NCBI RefSeq assembly: GCF_003334355.1
Contig: NZ_QOWP01000020.1
Direction: 5' to 3' (one strand)
DNA length: 64,000 nucleotides
Origin: Escherichia coli
GTDB taxonomy: Bacteria; Pseudomonadota; Gammaproteobacteria; Enterobacterales; Enterobacteriaceae
The notes beneath the pieces are model-generated. The model saw only the letters and a list, made by a program, of their open reading frames with translations. It searched no databases and was not told where the DNA came from. Position 1 is the stretch's first letter, and each line of letters starts with the position of its first letter. The position numbers and the translations under genes are program-made. Positions 41,792-52,552 of this stretch are shown here, piece after piece.

Positions 41792-42790
41792 ATGTCCCCT
41801 ACTATTTATGATATTGCCAGGGTTGCAGGCGTATCAAAATCCACCGTATCACGCGTGCTGAATAAGCAAACTAATATCTCCCCGGAAGCGCGCGAAAAAG
41901 TGTTACGGGCCATTGAAGAATTACAGTATCAGCCAAACAAGCTGGCCCGCGCACTGACCTCTTCGGGTTTTGATGCCATTATGGTGATTTCTACCCGTTC
42001 GACCAAAACTACGGCGGGTAATCCGTTTTTCTCTGAAGTTTTGCATGCCATCACCGCCAAAGCTGAAGAAGAAGGTTTCGACGTGATATTACAAACGTCG
42101 CACAATCCGGCAGAAGATCTGCAAAAATGCGAAAGCAAAATTAAGCAGAAAATGATTAAAGGCATTATTATGCTCAGTTCGCCAGCGGATGAGTCATTTT
42201 TTGCCCAACTCGATAAATATGATATTCCGGTGGTGGTGATTGGCAAAGTTGAAGGTCAATATGCCCATGTTTATTCTGTCGATACCGATAATTTTGGCGA
42301 CAGCATTGCGTTGACCGATGCATTAATTGAAAGTGGGCATCAAAATATTGCCTGCCTGCATGCTCCGCTTGATGTCCATGTTTCGGTTGATCGCGTTAAT
42401 GGTTATAAGCAGAGCCTGGCTGCGCATAATATTGCAGTGCGTGATGAATGGATTGTTGATGGCGGTTATACCCATGAAATTGCATTAAAAGCAGCACGGC
42501 AATTATTAAGCCAGTCACCGTTGCCTGAGGCGGTGTTTGCCACTGACAGCCTGAAATTAATGAGCATTTATCGTGCGGCAGCAGAGAAAAATATTGCTAT
42601 TCCGCAGCAGTTAGCGGTGGTGGGTTATAGCAATGAAACGCTGTCATTTATTTTAACGCCTGCACCGGGCGGCATCGATGTTCCGACGCAGGAGTTAGGT
42701 CAACAAAGCTGCGAGTTATTATTCAGCTTAATTTCTGGAAAACCGTCACCACAGAATATTACCGTTGCCACGCATATGACGCTGAAATAA
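41792..42790 (+). CDS. ycjW: LacI-family regulator YcjW
   Basis: 332-aa ORF with the N-terminal [24 protein letters not shown]. Confidence 0.9.
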   Translation: MSPTIYDIARVAGVSKSTVSRVLNKQTNISPEAREKVLRAIEELQYQPNKLARALTSSGFDAIMVISTRSTKTTAGNPFFSEVLHAITAKAEEEGFDVILQTSHNPAEDLQKCESKIKQKMIKGIIMLSSPADESFFAQLDKYDIPVVVIGKVEGQYAHVYSVDTDNFGDSIALTDALIESGHQNIACLHAPLDVHVSVDRVNGYKQSLAAHNIAVRDEWIVDGGYTHEIALKAARQLLSQSPLPEAVFATDSLKLMSIYRAAAEKNIAIPQQLAVVGYSNETLSFILTPAPGGIDVPTQELGQQSCELLFSLISGKPSPQNITVATHMTLK

Positions 42791-42804
42791 ATACCAGCTA
42801 CCTT

Positions 42805-42887
42805 GCCTGAATGCCAGATGCGATGCTAGCGCATCTTATCCGGCCTACATTTATAGATCGGATAAAGTACTCGCGCCGCATCCGGCA
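42805..42887. repeat. Two REP units (BIME-like) between ycjW and ompG
   Basis: The units are gcctgaatgccagatgcgatgctagcgcatcttatccggcctac and cggataaagtactcgcgccgcatccggca. Confidence 0.75.
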
Positions 42888-42900
42888 ATTTAGCCCATTA

Positions 42901-43806
42901 TCAGAACGAGTAATTTACGCCGACACCTGCATAATGGAATTTATCACTGTCGCCTTCGTCGTGATCCTGCCACTCAAACGCGTATTCCAGCGAAACGGAA
43001 AGTCCGTTCTGGAAATCATAACCGTAAAATAAACCTACACGGTTAAAATCATGGCCTTCACGTTCAATATCATCCTGCCAGTCCCAGTTACTCCAGCGAT
43101 CCAGCCCAATGCGCGTATACGGCGTCACCGAGTGGTTGCCGAGCGTCAGCGGCAAATAGGCGCGAATTTCTTGCGTGGAAAACTCACCGTTATTGCGGCT
43201 GTCGTCCATATTGAAGCCGCGCTCGAGATAATAGTTCACTCGCAAGGCAACCGTTTCGTTGAAGGTATATTGCAGACCTGTTTCCGTTTCGACACGGGTA
43301 TCAGCGTAACCGGTAGTGTTCAGATCGTTGGCAAATTTATACATCGACAACCAACCGTTGAAACGTAAATCGTCAGTCAGTTTCACATCCCAGTCTGGCG
43401 CGATTTTCCAGCGCTGCATATTCGCCGTGTCTTTACCCGGTTCATCAACGTAGTGATAACCATAATTACGGAAACCGCCGGTCAGGCCGAAACTGAAATC
43501 ATCGTTTTCGAGGAACTGATAATGCACCTCCAGCTCCGGGCGATCAAACCACGTTCCACGTTTACCCGCGCTATAATCTACCGGCCCTTCCTGATAATAG
43601 GCCAGAGCAATTCTCCACGGCCCGTTGGCGGCATTAAAATAGACTGAAGGCTCCGCCAGCCCATCCATATCTTCGCCATAACCCTCGACGTTTTCTATTT
43701 CGTACATCGCGCCGATATTAAAGTGCCAGTCGTTCCTTTCCTCGGCCTGTGCGCAGGCCATTCCCGCACACATCACCAGTGCGGTACAGGGTAATAACTT
43801 TTTCAT
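42901..43806 (-). CDS. ompG: Outer-membrane porin OmpG
   Basis: 301-aa ORF with a signal peptide and a C-terminal ..GVGVNYSF beta-barrel signature. Confidence 0.95.
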   Translation of the reverse strand: MKKLLPCTALVMCAGMACAQAEERNDWHFNIGAMYEIENVEGYGEDMDGLAEPSVYFNAANGPWRIALAYYQEGPVDYSAGKRGTWFDRPELEVHYQFLENDDFSFGLTGGFRNYGYHYVDEPGKDTANMQRWKIAPDWDVKLTDDLRFNGWLSMYKFANDLNTTGYADTRVETETGLQYTFNETVALRVNYYLERGFNMDDSRNNGEFSTQEIRAYLPLTLGNHSVTPYTRIGLDRWSNWDWQDDIEREGHDFNRVGLFYGYDFQNGLSVSLEYAFEWQDHDEGDSDKFHYAGVGVNYSF

Positions 43807-43850
43807 TATTGTTCCTTGTATTATCCTGGGGGAATGTCTTCCCCCTGTAT

Positions 43851-44933
43851 TTAGCGAATTGCTATTTCCGTTTCTGCATCAAAGAAATGACATTTCGTCA
43901 TATCAAAATGAATAGTGATATTTTCTCCTGCATGATAATCATTTAACGCACCAGCACGGACCACTAACTCGTGCCCCCCAACCGTGGTGTAGAGCATAAA
44001 TTCCGCACCGGTTAATTCTGCCACGCTAATTTTGGCGGAAATGTTATTTTCCTCTTGCGCGTCCGGATGAATATCTTCCGGTCGTATTCCCATCACGATG
44101 GGCTTATGCAAACTTTCCTGTGTTTTCAGAACCGCTAATTTCTCTTCGGGAATGGTTAATTTAAGCGTTTCCGTAACGAATTTATCGCCATCGATCGTGC
44201 CGCGAATAAAATTCATCGCTGGTGATCCAATAAATCCGGAAACAAACATATTCGCGGGTTGGTTATAAACGGTTTTCGGCGCACCTACTTGCTGAACAAT
44301 CCCGTCTTTCATAATCACAATCCGCGTCGCCATGGTCATCGCTTCGGTCTGATCGTGGGTCACGTAGATCATGGTGGTGTTCAGTTTCTGATGCAGCTTG
44401 CTGATCTCTGCGCGCATTTGCACGCGCAGCTTGGCATCAAGGTTAGAGAGCGGTTCATCCATTAAAAACACGCCCGCTTCGCGTACAATCGCCCGCCCAA
44501 GCGCCACTCGCTGACGTTGCCCGCCGGAAAGCGCCCCCGGCTTACGTTTCAGGTACTCACGCAGGCCGAGAATTTGCGCCGCCCAGTTCACCCGCTCATC
44601 AATCACCTCTTTGGCGATTTTTTGCATCTTCAGACCAAACGCCATGTTGTCGTAAACCGTCATATGCGGATACAACGCGTAGTTCTGGAACACCATCGCT
44701 ATATTGCGTGCTTTGGCTGGAACGTCATTCATTCGTTTGCCGTCGATCAACAGATCGCCGCCGCTGATCTCCTCAAGCCCGGCAATCATGCGCAGGGTGG
44801 TCGACTTACCGCAGCCCGACGGGCCGACAAACACGATGAACTCTTTATCGGCAATTTCCAGGTTGAAGTCCTTCACCACATGCACCTGGTTATCGTAGAT
44901 TTTTTGAATATGTTGTAACGAAAGCTGAGCCAT
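43851..44933 (-). CDS. ycjV: ABC transporter ATP-binding protein YcjV (MalK-like), intact
   Basis: 360-aa uninterrupted ORF with Walker A GPSGCGKST, the LSGGQ signature and Walker B. Confidence 0.9.
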   Translation of the reverse strand: MAQLSLQHIQKIYDNQVHVVKDFNLEIADKEFIVFVGPSGCGKSTTLRMIAGLEEISGGDLLIDGKRMNDVPAKARNIAMVFQNYALYPHMTVYDNMAFGLKMQKIAKEVIDERVNWAAQILGLREYLKRKPGALSGGQRQRVALGRAIVREAGVFLMDEPLSNLDAKLRVQMRAEISKLHQKLNTTMIYVTHDQTEAMTMATRIVIMKDGIVQQVGAPKTVYNQPANMFVSGFIGSPAMNFIRGTIDGDKFVTETLKLTIPEEKLAVLKTQESLHKPIVMGIRPEDIHPDAQEENNISAKISVAELTGAEFMLYTTVGGHELVVRAGALNDYHAGENITIHFDMTKCHFFDAETEIAIR

Positions 44934-44946
44934 GTTGATTCCTTTG

Positions 44947-45606
44947 CTATACGTTTTGCCAGAAGGCCGATAACCGCGGCCAGGTGAGTGATTCCGTTGA
45001 AGGCAACAGTAATTGCGCCCCGGTTAAGCCCGCGCCGATCCCCACCGAGCGCATACCGCTGGCGTTAATGGCGTCAATGCCCGCCTGCGCATCTTCAATG
45101 CCGATACATGCCTGCGGCGGCACGCCCAGCCCTGCACAGGCGGCGAGAAAGATTTCCGGGTCCGGTTTCGAGTTTTTAAGTTGGGAAGCATCCGCGCAGA
45201 AGGTGAAAAACTCGCGCAGCTCCAGCGCCGCTAAAATCGTCGGCGCATTCAGGGAGACAGAAGCCAGCCCAACCGAGATCTGCTGTGCACGGAGATCTGC
45301 CAGCAAAGAGCGAATGCCGGGTAGAACAGCGTTGACCGTCAACTCGCGTAGTGAGTGGACATAGAGCAGATTTTTGCGATACGCCAGTTGCGCCCTCTCC
45401 TGCGAGTTAAAGTCGCCCTCTTTGCCCCCGTGTTGCAGAATGCGCCGCAGAGACTCATCGCGGCTGATCCCTTTTAGGGATTCGTTAAACTGCGCATCAA
45501 TGCTGATGCCAATTTCAGCGGCAATCTGCTGCCACGCCTGGAAATGCAGATGCGCGGTATCGGTGATTACACCATCCAGATCGAAAATTACCCCTTGCAG
45601 TTTCAT
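44947..45606 (-). CDS. ycjU: Beta-phosphoglucomutase YcjU
   Basis: 219-aa HAD-family ORF (DLDGVITDT). Confidence 0.9.
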
Positions 45607-47870
45607 TCATCCTCCTGATGTTTGGTAGCGGTCCCATTGAAGGGCAAAATAAAATCACCCAAACAGAAAACAGATTCTTCAGCCACGGTTATAAGCTGAC
45701 CGTTCAAACGCAGTGAAACGGGCGCAGAAGTTCGAATCGCAATACGCTGCGCGTCAAGAGTGACCTGTAATTCGCAGCCCTGCCAGAACAGAGGGAAAGA
45801 CAACTGTTGCCACTGCTCAGGTAACGCCGGATTGAGATGCAATTCACCGTCACGCACGCTCACCCCGGCAAAACCCTGAATCGCCCCCAGCCAGATAGCG
45901 CCAGTTGCGGCAGCATGGATACCATCATCACAACTATGCGGATCAGCACCAAGATCGATTTCAGTCCCCTCGCGCCAGAACTGATAACTTTGGGTCAGCA
46001 GGCCACAGCGTGCGGCAACAATGCCGTGGATTGCTTTACTTAATGACGAGTCGTGAATAGTGCGCGGTTCATAAAATTGCAGATTGGCAAGACACGATGC
46101 CGCTGAGAACTGCTCCGGCAGCATGTAATTGAGCATCACCACATCAGCTTGTTTGAGGATCTGCATCTCGTTCACTTCTGCGCGTGAATAATCCAGCAGT
46201 ATGGTTTGCTTCCCCGCCGCCGCTTTGTATTTCGCCAGATTAATCGCCGGCTTAGCCATAAACGAATCATCCTGCGGCAAAACGCCGTCGGGCTGAATTT
46301 CTGGCATCCATAGCTCTTTGAGGAACATTTCGGCGCGATGGATAAACGCATCGTCGCTACAGCCGAACTGGCGGGCAATATTCAGCGCCTGTTGAACGTT
46401 GTAGCGGGCCATATAGCTGGTGTATGCATTATTATTGACATGTTCGGTATATTCGTCTGGCCCAATAACATCATGAATTTCCAGACGATCGTTAACTCTT
46501 ACCGCGCGGCTAATCCAGAACTTTGCCGTCTCCAGAAGTAGCGCCATGCCTTCATGCGCAATGAAACTTTCATCCCCCGTGGTCTGCCAGTATTGAATAA
46601 CCGCCCAGGCGATATCGGCCACCAGATGATGTTCCGCCTGCGCCGAGGCCACTTTTTGCCGCAGCCCGGTGCGAATGTTAATGGCGGCAAATTCCGGCGT
46701 CTCTTCTTCGCCGCTGCGCGCGCTTTCCCACGGAAATAGCGCGCCCTGCCAGCCGTTGCGTCGCGCTTTCTCCTGCGCGCCTGGCAAGTTGTGCCAGCGA
46801 TAACGCAGTAAACTTCGGGCAACCGTCGGATCGCTAAACAGATGAAACGGTAACAAAAATACTTCTGTATCCCAGAAAACGTGGCCTTTGTAGCCTTCGC
46901 CGGTTAAGCCTTTTGCCGCAATGCTGCTGCGCTCGTCGTGGGCAGGCGTCATGATGCGCAGATGATAAAGCGCATAATCTAACGCTTGCTGATCGTGCGC
47001 TTCGCCGCCATTTACCGTGATACGACGTTTCTGCCACCATTGACGCCAGTTTTCTGTTGATGCTGCAAGAAGTTGGTCGTAACTCTGCTGCGCGCACATT
47101 TCAAGCTGGCGAAGCGACGCGCTGCCCCACTCGTCTAAAGCAGCTTGCCTGTCATCCCGCCAGTCGATCCACACCAGTTTTTGCAACGTCATTGTCTCGC
47201 CTGCATGAAGCTGCGCACTGGTATGTTGCAGTAAACGGCGCTCTTTGGCGGTATAGCATTGCTGCACATCACCGCTCACCTTACAGCAACAGCTGATGGC
47301 CACATCACTGCGTCCATCCTGGGTGGTGTAGCTCCCCTGCATCAGATGCTGACCAAACACCCGCACCTGGGTTTCGTCGAGATGTTGGCGACCGTGATTG
47401 GTTTGCGTGGCGTCAATGCCTGTTGAAATCAGCACTGACGCGTCGGCGTCCAGTGGCGTAATAGTGATTTCCAGCGCAATGAGCGGCAGTTGGTCTGCCG
47501 AAACAAAGCGACGGCTGGCGATGGTGTAACCTGAGCCGTTGCTGGTACGCCAGACAACATTGCGGCGTAATTCGCCACTGGCAAAGTCAAGCTCACGCTG
47601 CCAGGCTTCGTGGGATAACGAGAAAACCTCACCATTTATGGCAATCTCCATCCCCACGACATCAGGCAGGTTCACCAGTTCGTTGATTTCACCTTTTCCC
47701 GCCCGATGATACAGCCCCGCCAGATACATCCCTCGCGTCTGGCGCGTGTAATCTTCTTCATGGCTGGCGCGAAGCCCAAGATAGCCGTTCCCCTGCGCCA
47801 TCAGCGATGCATACTTGTTCAGGGTATGCTGGCTGAAATGGGGTTCTGATAACGTTACTGGCCTGGTCAT
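45603..47870 (-). CDS. ycjT: GH65 kojibiose phosphorylase YcjT
   Basis: 755-aa ORF. Confidence 0.9.
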
Positions 47871-48922
47871 AATTCCACACGCGTCCCTGTTTCTGCGGAT
47901 TGATACAACGCCGCCACCAGTTGCTGGATGATGTACCCCTGCTCGGCGTCGGCTATCATCACGGGCTTGCCCTGTACGTGATTGATAAAGGCTTCCATGC
48001 TGCGCAAATGGCGGTTGTCGTCTGCCATTTCCCGTTGCATCAGCGTCATTAATTCACCGTTGTTATCGGTGTAGATATGTGCTGGAAACAGCGTCGCACC
48101 AGCTTTATCACCACAAAAGCTGACGTTCATAATCGACTGTTCGCGGATGTTGAGTGCAAATGACGTTTCCAGCCACAGAATGCCGCCGTTATGAAATTCA
48201 ATGGTGCCAAACAGCGAATCTTCGACGCTGTAAGTTGCCGGATCCCACTCACCAAATTGACCACAGCTCTTTTGCGTGCCGATCTTTTGAAAGCTATGCG
48301 CATTCACGCTTTTCACCGCCGGAAAGCCCAGCACATACATCGCAGCATCCAGCATATGAATGCCGATGTCGATCAGCGGGCCACCACCCTGCAGTTCTTT
48401 ATTGGTAAAGACACCCCAGCCGGGAACGCCGCAGCGACGCAGGGCGCGGGCGGTGGTAACGTAAATCTCTCCCAAAACGCCGTTGGTCACCTGTTCACGC
48501 AGCTGTTGCGTATCGAGCGCAAAACGATGGTGAAAGTCGTAGGCCAGCACCTTGCCCAGTTTGCGCGCGGTATCGCACATTTCCCGCGCCTGTTCTGGCG
48601 TCATGGCGGGCGGTTTTTCGCACATCACATGGCAGCCCGCTTCCAGTGCCATCAGGGTATGTTCGTAATGAAAACGGTTAGGTGAGCAGACGCTAACCAC
48701 ATCAGGTTTCACCGCCAGCAGCATGGCCTGCGGATCGTCCCACACGGATGCATTCCCGTATTTTTCTGCCAGCGCCTGCGCCTGGGAAAGGCGGCTGTCA
48801 CAGACAGCCACCAGTTCCAGATCGTTGCGGGTGCAGTAGTACGAAGCATGAACCTTATCCGCCACCTGGCCTGCGCCTATTATCGCGACCCGCAGCGGAG
48901 AGCTTGTCATTGCACTTTTCAC
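47867..48922 (-). CDS. ycjS: Gfo/Idh/MocA-type oxidoreductase YcjS
   Basis: 351-aa ORF with the Rossmann N-terminus VAIIGAGQVA. Confidence 0.9.
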   Translation of the reverse strand: MKSAMTSSPLRVAIIGAGQVADKVHASYYCTRNDLELVAVCDSRLSQAQALAEKYGNASVWDDPQAMLLAVKPDVVSVCSPNRFHYEHTLMALEAGCHVMCEKPPAMTPEQAREMCDTARKLGKVLAYDFHHRFALDTQQLREQVTNGVLGEIYVTTARALRRCGVPGWGVFTNKELQGGGPLIDIGIHMLDAAMYVLGFPAVKSVNAHSFQKIGTQKSCGQFGEWDPATYSVEDSLFGTIEFHNGGILWLETSFALNIREQSIMNVSFCGDKAGATLFPAHIYTDNNGELMTLMQREMADDNRHLRSMEAFINHVQGKPVMIADAEQGYIIQQLVAALYQSAETGTRVEL

Positions 48923-48931
48923 AAAGACCTC

Positions 48932-49720
48932 TTAGCAGGTACGCAACCAGGCCAACGAATCACGGTACGCCTGGGCAGGATCTTCCGCCCGGATACGCCC
49001 TTCGTACACTACATAGCCCTGATAGTTATCCGCGCGCAGCTGTTCAAACAGCGCGTGGAAATCCAGGGTGCCGCTGCCCGGCTGGTAGCGATGGTTATCC
49101 GCAATATGCACATGACCGAGCAGGTCGCGGTTGTCATGCAGCGCCTGCGCCAGGTTATCTTCTTCGATATTCATGTGATAGAAATCGCCGATAATCTGTA
49201 CATGTTTAAGATCGTTTTCGACGATGTAACGGCGGGCATCGGCGAGGGTGTTGATCATATGATCCTGATAGCGGTTTAACGGTTCGAGATACACCACGGT
49301 TCCGGTACGCGCGGCGACCTGTTCCAGTACGCGCAGGGAATCACTCACCATTTTGCGGTCGCCGTCCAGGCTACGCGGCGAGGTCATCGGCGGTAAGCGG
49401 AAGGTAAACATGCCCCACGCAGCCGGAACGACGATGCCTTTACCGCCCACTTCTGCCAGCGCTTCGAGAATGCGCTCGATCTGCTTTAAGCCATTAAGAC
49501 GACGCTCTTCGATAAAGTCGCCAATCCATCCGTCATAGCCACCGCAGGCGGTGGTCACCGGTAAACCGGTTTCTTTGATCGCCGCTTTGACTTCTTCGAT
49601 GTTGTTAACCAGCAGTTTGCCGTCAATCTCAAAACCATCGAAGTCCATCTCTTTGATATAACGAAATTTCTCCAGAATGTTTTCCGGAAAGAACGCCTGA
49701 TTCTGTGTGCCGATTTTCAT
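48932..49720 (-). CDS. ycjR: Sugar epimerase/isomerase (TIM-barrel) YcjR
   Basis: 262-aa product from MKIGTQNQAFFPENILEKF... The track ORF has 3 extra N-terminal codons. Confidence 0.88.
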   Translation of the reverse strand: MKIGTQNQAFFPENILEKFRYIKEMDFDGFEIDGKLLVNNIEEVKAAIKETGLPVTTACGGYDGWIGDFIEERRLNGLKQIERILEALAEVGGKGIVVPAAWGMFTFRLPPMTSPRSLDGDRKMVSDSLRVLEQVAARTGTVVYLEPLNRYQDHMINTLADARRYIVENDLKHVQIIGDFYHMNIEEDNLAQALHDNRDLLGHVHIADNHRYQPGSGTLDFHALFEQLRADNYQGYVVYEGRIRAEDPAQAYRDSLAWLRTC

Positions 49721-49738
49721 TTTTTTCATTCCTTTGAA

Positions 49739-50791
49739 TTAAAACGTAACGCCCATTTTGATGCTCTGTTCCGGATGCTGGTCGACATACTGCATATAGC
49801 TTTCCGGGCTATTGGCAAAGGTCACCACCGGGTCGATTAAATCTTCGCAATTGAGATAACCGTTCATCAGCAGTTCCCAACAGGTTTCTTCAATACGCTT
49901 GCGGCTCCAGCGCGGATAATCCGGGTTCGGTTCGCTGCACGCGCGAGAGAAGACAATTTTGGCGTTATTGAAATGCGCTTCGCGTCCGAGGTTAAAACCT
50001 TCGGCAAACGGCTTGGCAAACGCGACATAGGAGATGGTGCCGCCATAAGCCAGACCGCGGAGCGCCGATTGCAGCGCGTCGGCGTAGCCGCTGGTTTCGA
50101 TAATCACATCGGCACCCTGCTTGCCGGTCAGCGTTTTGATCTCTTTACCTACATCAGTGCCGATGGGGTTAAGGCAGAAATCCGCGCCGTGGCGACGGGC
50201 AATATCACAGCGATGGGCGATAGGATCGACGCCAATCACCACAGAAGCGCCAGCGCGTTTAGCCAGTTGGATGGCAATTTGACCGATTGCGCCAAGCCCT
50301 ACCACCACCACAAAATCCCCTACGCGCACGTTGGCATCGCGCACGCCGCTCATGGCAAACTGCGCCGGGTCGTAGCAGACGGCGTTTTTCCAGGAGCTGC
50401 CTTGCGGCATTTTGCGCAGCTTGTAGTTATTCACTGCGTTAATGATGACCGTCTCGGAGAGCGGGCCGTAGCCGCATACGCTGTCGCCCACCGCGTAGTC
50501 GGTAACGTCGCTGCCGCACTCGATAATGTCGCCAACCACCATGTTGCCAAGCTGGAATTTGCCAAACTCAATGCCGCGCGGCGCATCTGCCGGACGCGGA
50601 GTGAACATCTGCCATTCGCCGTTAAAGTCTTCATCAATAAACGGGCTGGCGGCGCGGAAGTCGACCACTTCCGTTCCGTGTTTCGGTGCGCCGAAACGCA
50701 CGCGGATCTTCACTTCATTAGCTAAAATCGCCCGATCTTCATACTCAACCAGCGCAGCAACACGCGGTGCTGTGGCTACTAACTTTTTCAT
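49739..50791 (-). CDS. ycjQ: Zn-dependent dehydrogenase YcjQ
   Basis: 350-aa MDR-family ORF. Confidence 0.9.
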   Translation of the reverse strand: MKKLVATAPRVAALVEYEDRAILANEVKIRVRFGAPKHGTEVVDFRAASPFIDEDFNGEWQMFTPRPADAPRGIEFGKFQLGNMVVGDIIECGSDVTDYAVGDSVCGYGPLSETVIINAVNNYKLRKMPQGSSWKNAVCYDPAQFAMSGVRDANVRVGDFVVVVGLGAIGQIAIQLAKRAGASVVIGVDPIAHRCDIARRHGADFCLNPIGTDVGKEIKTLTGKQGADVIIETSGYADALQSALRGLAYGGTISYVAFAKPFAEGFNLGREAHFNNAKIVFSRACSEPNPDYPRWSRKRIEETCWELLMNGYLNCEDLIDPVVTFANSPESYMQYVDQHPEQSIKMGVTF

Positions 50792-50821
50792 TTAAAACTC
50801 CTTGTAAAGAAACTGGCCGCT

Positions 50822-51664
50822 TTAGCCCTTCACGCCACCGGCGGTCAAACCACTCTTAATAAAACGTTCCGAAAGCGCATACATAATCACCACCGGCAAT
50901 GCGGTCACCAGTGAGGCCGCCATCATCCGTCCCCAGATGTAATCTGGCGTACTGAACAGCGCGTTCAGGCCCACCGGTAAGGTGAAATTGCTGGCGCTGG
51001 AGAGGAAAATCGACGCAAACAGATAGTCGTTCCACGCCACCATAAAGCAGTAGACGAACACGGATATCAGCCCGGACATCGCCAACGGCACGGTGATGCG
51101 GAAGATAATTTGCAGACGGTTGAGGCCATCCATCATCGCCGCTTCTTCGATCTCATCGGGGATGGTGTCGAAGTAGCTTTTCAGCATAAACACGGCGGTG
51201 GGCAGAGTTTGCGTCACCATGGTGATGATCAGCGCCATCTCAGTGTCGTAAATGCCAAGCGCGGTGATGATTTTGAAAAGCGGCACCACCAGCAAAATGC
51301 CAGAGAACATATACACCGTGTAAAAGCTGGCGTTGATGGTCATCCGACCTTTAAAGCGCAGGCGGGAAAGCGCGTAAGCCCCAAGAATGCCGAGGAATAC
51401 CGCCACCACGGATGAAACCACAGACACCACCAGACTGTTACGGAAGTAGTCGACAAACGGGAAAATCATCGGGTTAAAAATGTCGACGTAATGCTCCAGC
51501 GTCCACTGCTGCGGCAGCAGCGTAGGATGCAGTGAGATCGCCTCTTTCGCGCCCTTGAACGAGGTCATCAGCATCACAAAAAATGGAAACAGCGTGATGA
51601 TGAGAAACAGCGCCAGCCCGCAGTAAAAACCGATGCGACTGAGTGTGCGTTTATTTGTTGCCAT
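50822..51664 (-). CDS. ycjP: ABC sugar transporter permease YcjP
   Basis: 280-aa polytopic ORF (MalG-like). Confidence 0.9.
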   Translation of the reverse strand: MATNKRTLSRIGFYCGLALFLIITLFPFFVMLMTSFKGAKEAISLHPTLLPQQWTLEHYVDIFNPMIFPFVDYFRNSLVVSVVSSVVAVFLGILGAYALSRLRFKGRMTINASFYTVYMFSGILLVVPLFKIITALGIYDTEMALIITMVTQTLPTAVFMLKSYFDTIPDEIEEAAMMDGLNRLQIIFRITVPLAMSGLISVFVYCFMVAWNDYLFASIFLSSASNFTLPVGLNALFSTPDYIWGRMMAASLVTALPVVIMYALSERFIKSGLTAGGVKG

Positions 51665-52532
51665 TGAGGTTCACCCGTTTCCTGGTCAGCAGAATGACAG
51701 CGAAAATAATGATGAAGAGCACCACCGAGATCGCCGCCGCTTTTCCTAAATCATTAAAGGCAAAGGCGGTTTTGTAGAGATATACACCGAGAATATCGAC
51801 CTTGGTCGTCAGCAAATAAACATCCGCGAACATGTAGAACATCCAGATGGTGCGCAGTGTCACCACCGTCGCCAGGACCGGCATAATTGCGGGCAGCGTG
51901 ACGATACGAAACCGTTGCCAGGCATTAGCGCCATCCATCTCTGCCGCTTCGTACAGCGATTTGTCGATGGTCTGCAAAATCGCCAGAAACGAGATAAAGG
52001 CATACGGGAAGTAGCGCCAGATGGCGAACAGCACCACCAGCACAAAGCTACTGCCCGGATTATCGAACCACAGCGGTGCCTGCTCATAGAGATGCAGAAG
52101 ATCGACGCCGAGGTAGTTAACAATGCCGTAGCCGTTGTTGAACATGTATTTCCAGGCGAACACCAGCGAAATGGACGGCGTTACGTAGGAGAGGATCACC
52201 AGCGAACGCGCGGTTTTGCGCAGGCGGAACTCGCGGTTGAAAAACATCGCCACCGCCAGCCCGAGCACGGTGCTGCCCGCCACCACCAGCGCGGTATACC
52301 AGACCGTCATCCACAGCGAATGCCAGAAGCCGGGATCGGAGAGGATACGCACATAGTTGCTCACCCCAACAAACGTTGACTCGATGTTGGGATTGAGCGG
52401 CAGACGTAAAAAACTGATTTCGATATTCGACACCATCGGCCACGCCACCAGACCGCCCAGCAGTAATAAGCTGGGCGCGAGAAGCAGCAGCGCAAAGGGC
52501 ATATCGGAACGACCTGAAAAAAGTCTGTTCAT
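51651..52532 (-). CDS. ycjO: ABC sugar transporter permease YcjO
   Basis: 293-aa polytopic ORF (MalF-like). Confidence 0.9.
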   Translation of the reverse strand: MNRLFSGRSDMPFALLLLAPSLLLLGGLVAWPMVSNIEISFLRLPLNPNIESTFVGVSNYVRILSDPGFWHSLWMTVWYTALVVAGSTVLGLAVAMFFNREFRLRKTARSLVILSYVTPSISLVFAWKYMFNNGYGIVNYLGVDLLHLYEQAPLWFDNPGSSFVLVVLFAIWRYFPYAFISFLAILQTIDKSLYEAAEMDGANAWQRFRIVTLPAIMPVLATVVTLRTIWMFYMFADVYLLTTKVDILGVYLYKTAFAFNDLGKAAAISVVLFIIIFAVILLTRKRVNLNGNK

Positions 52533-52552
52533 TGCGGATTCCTGTCCTGGGT

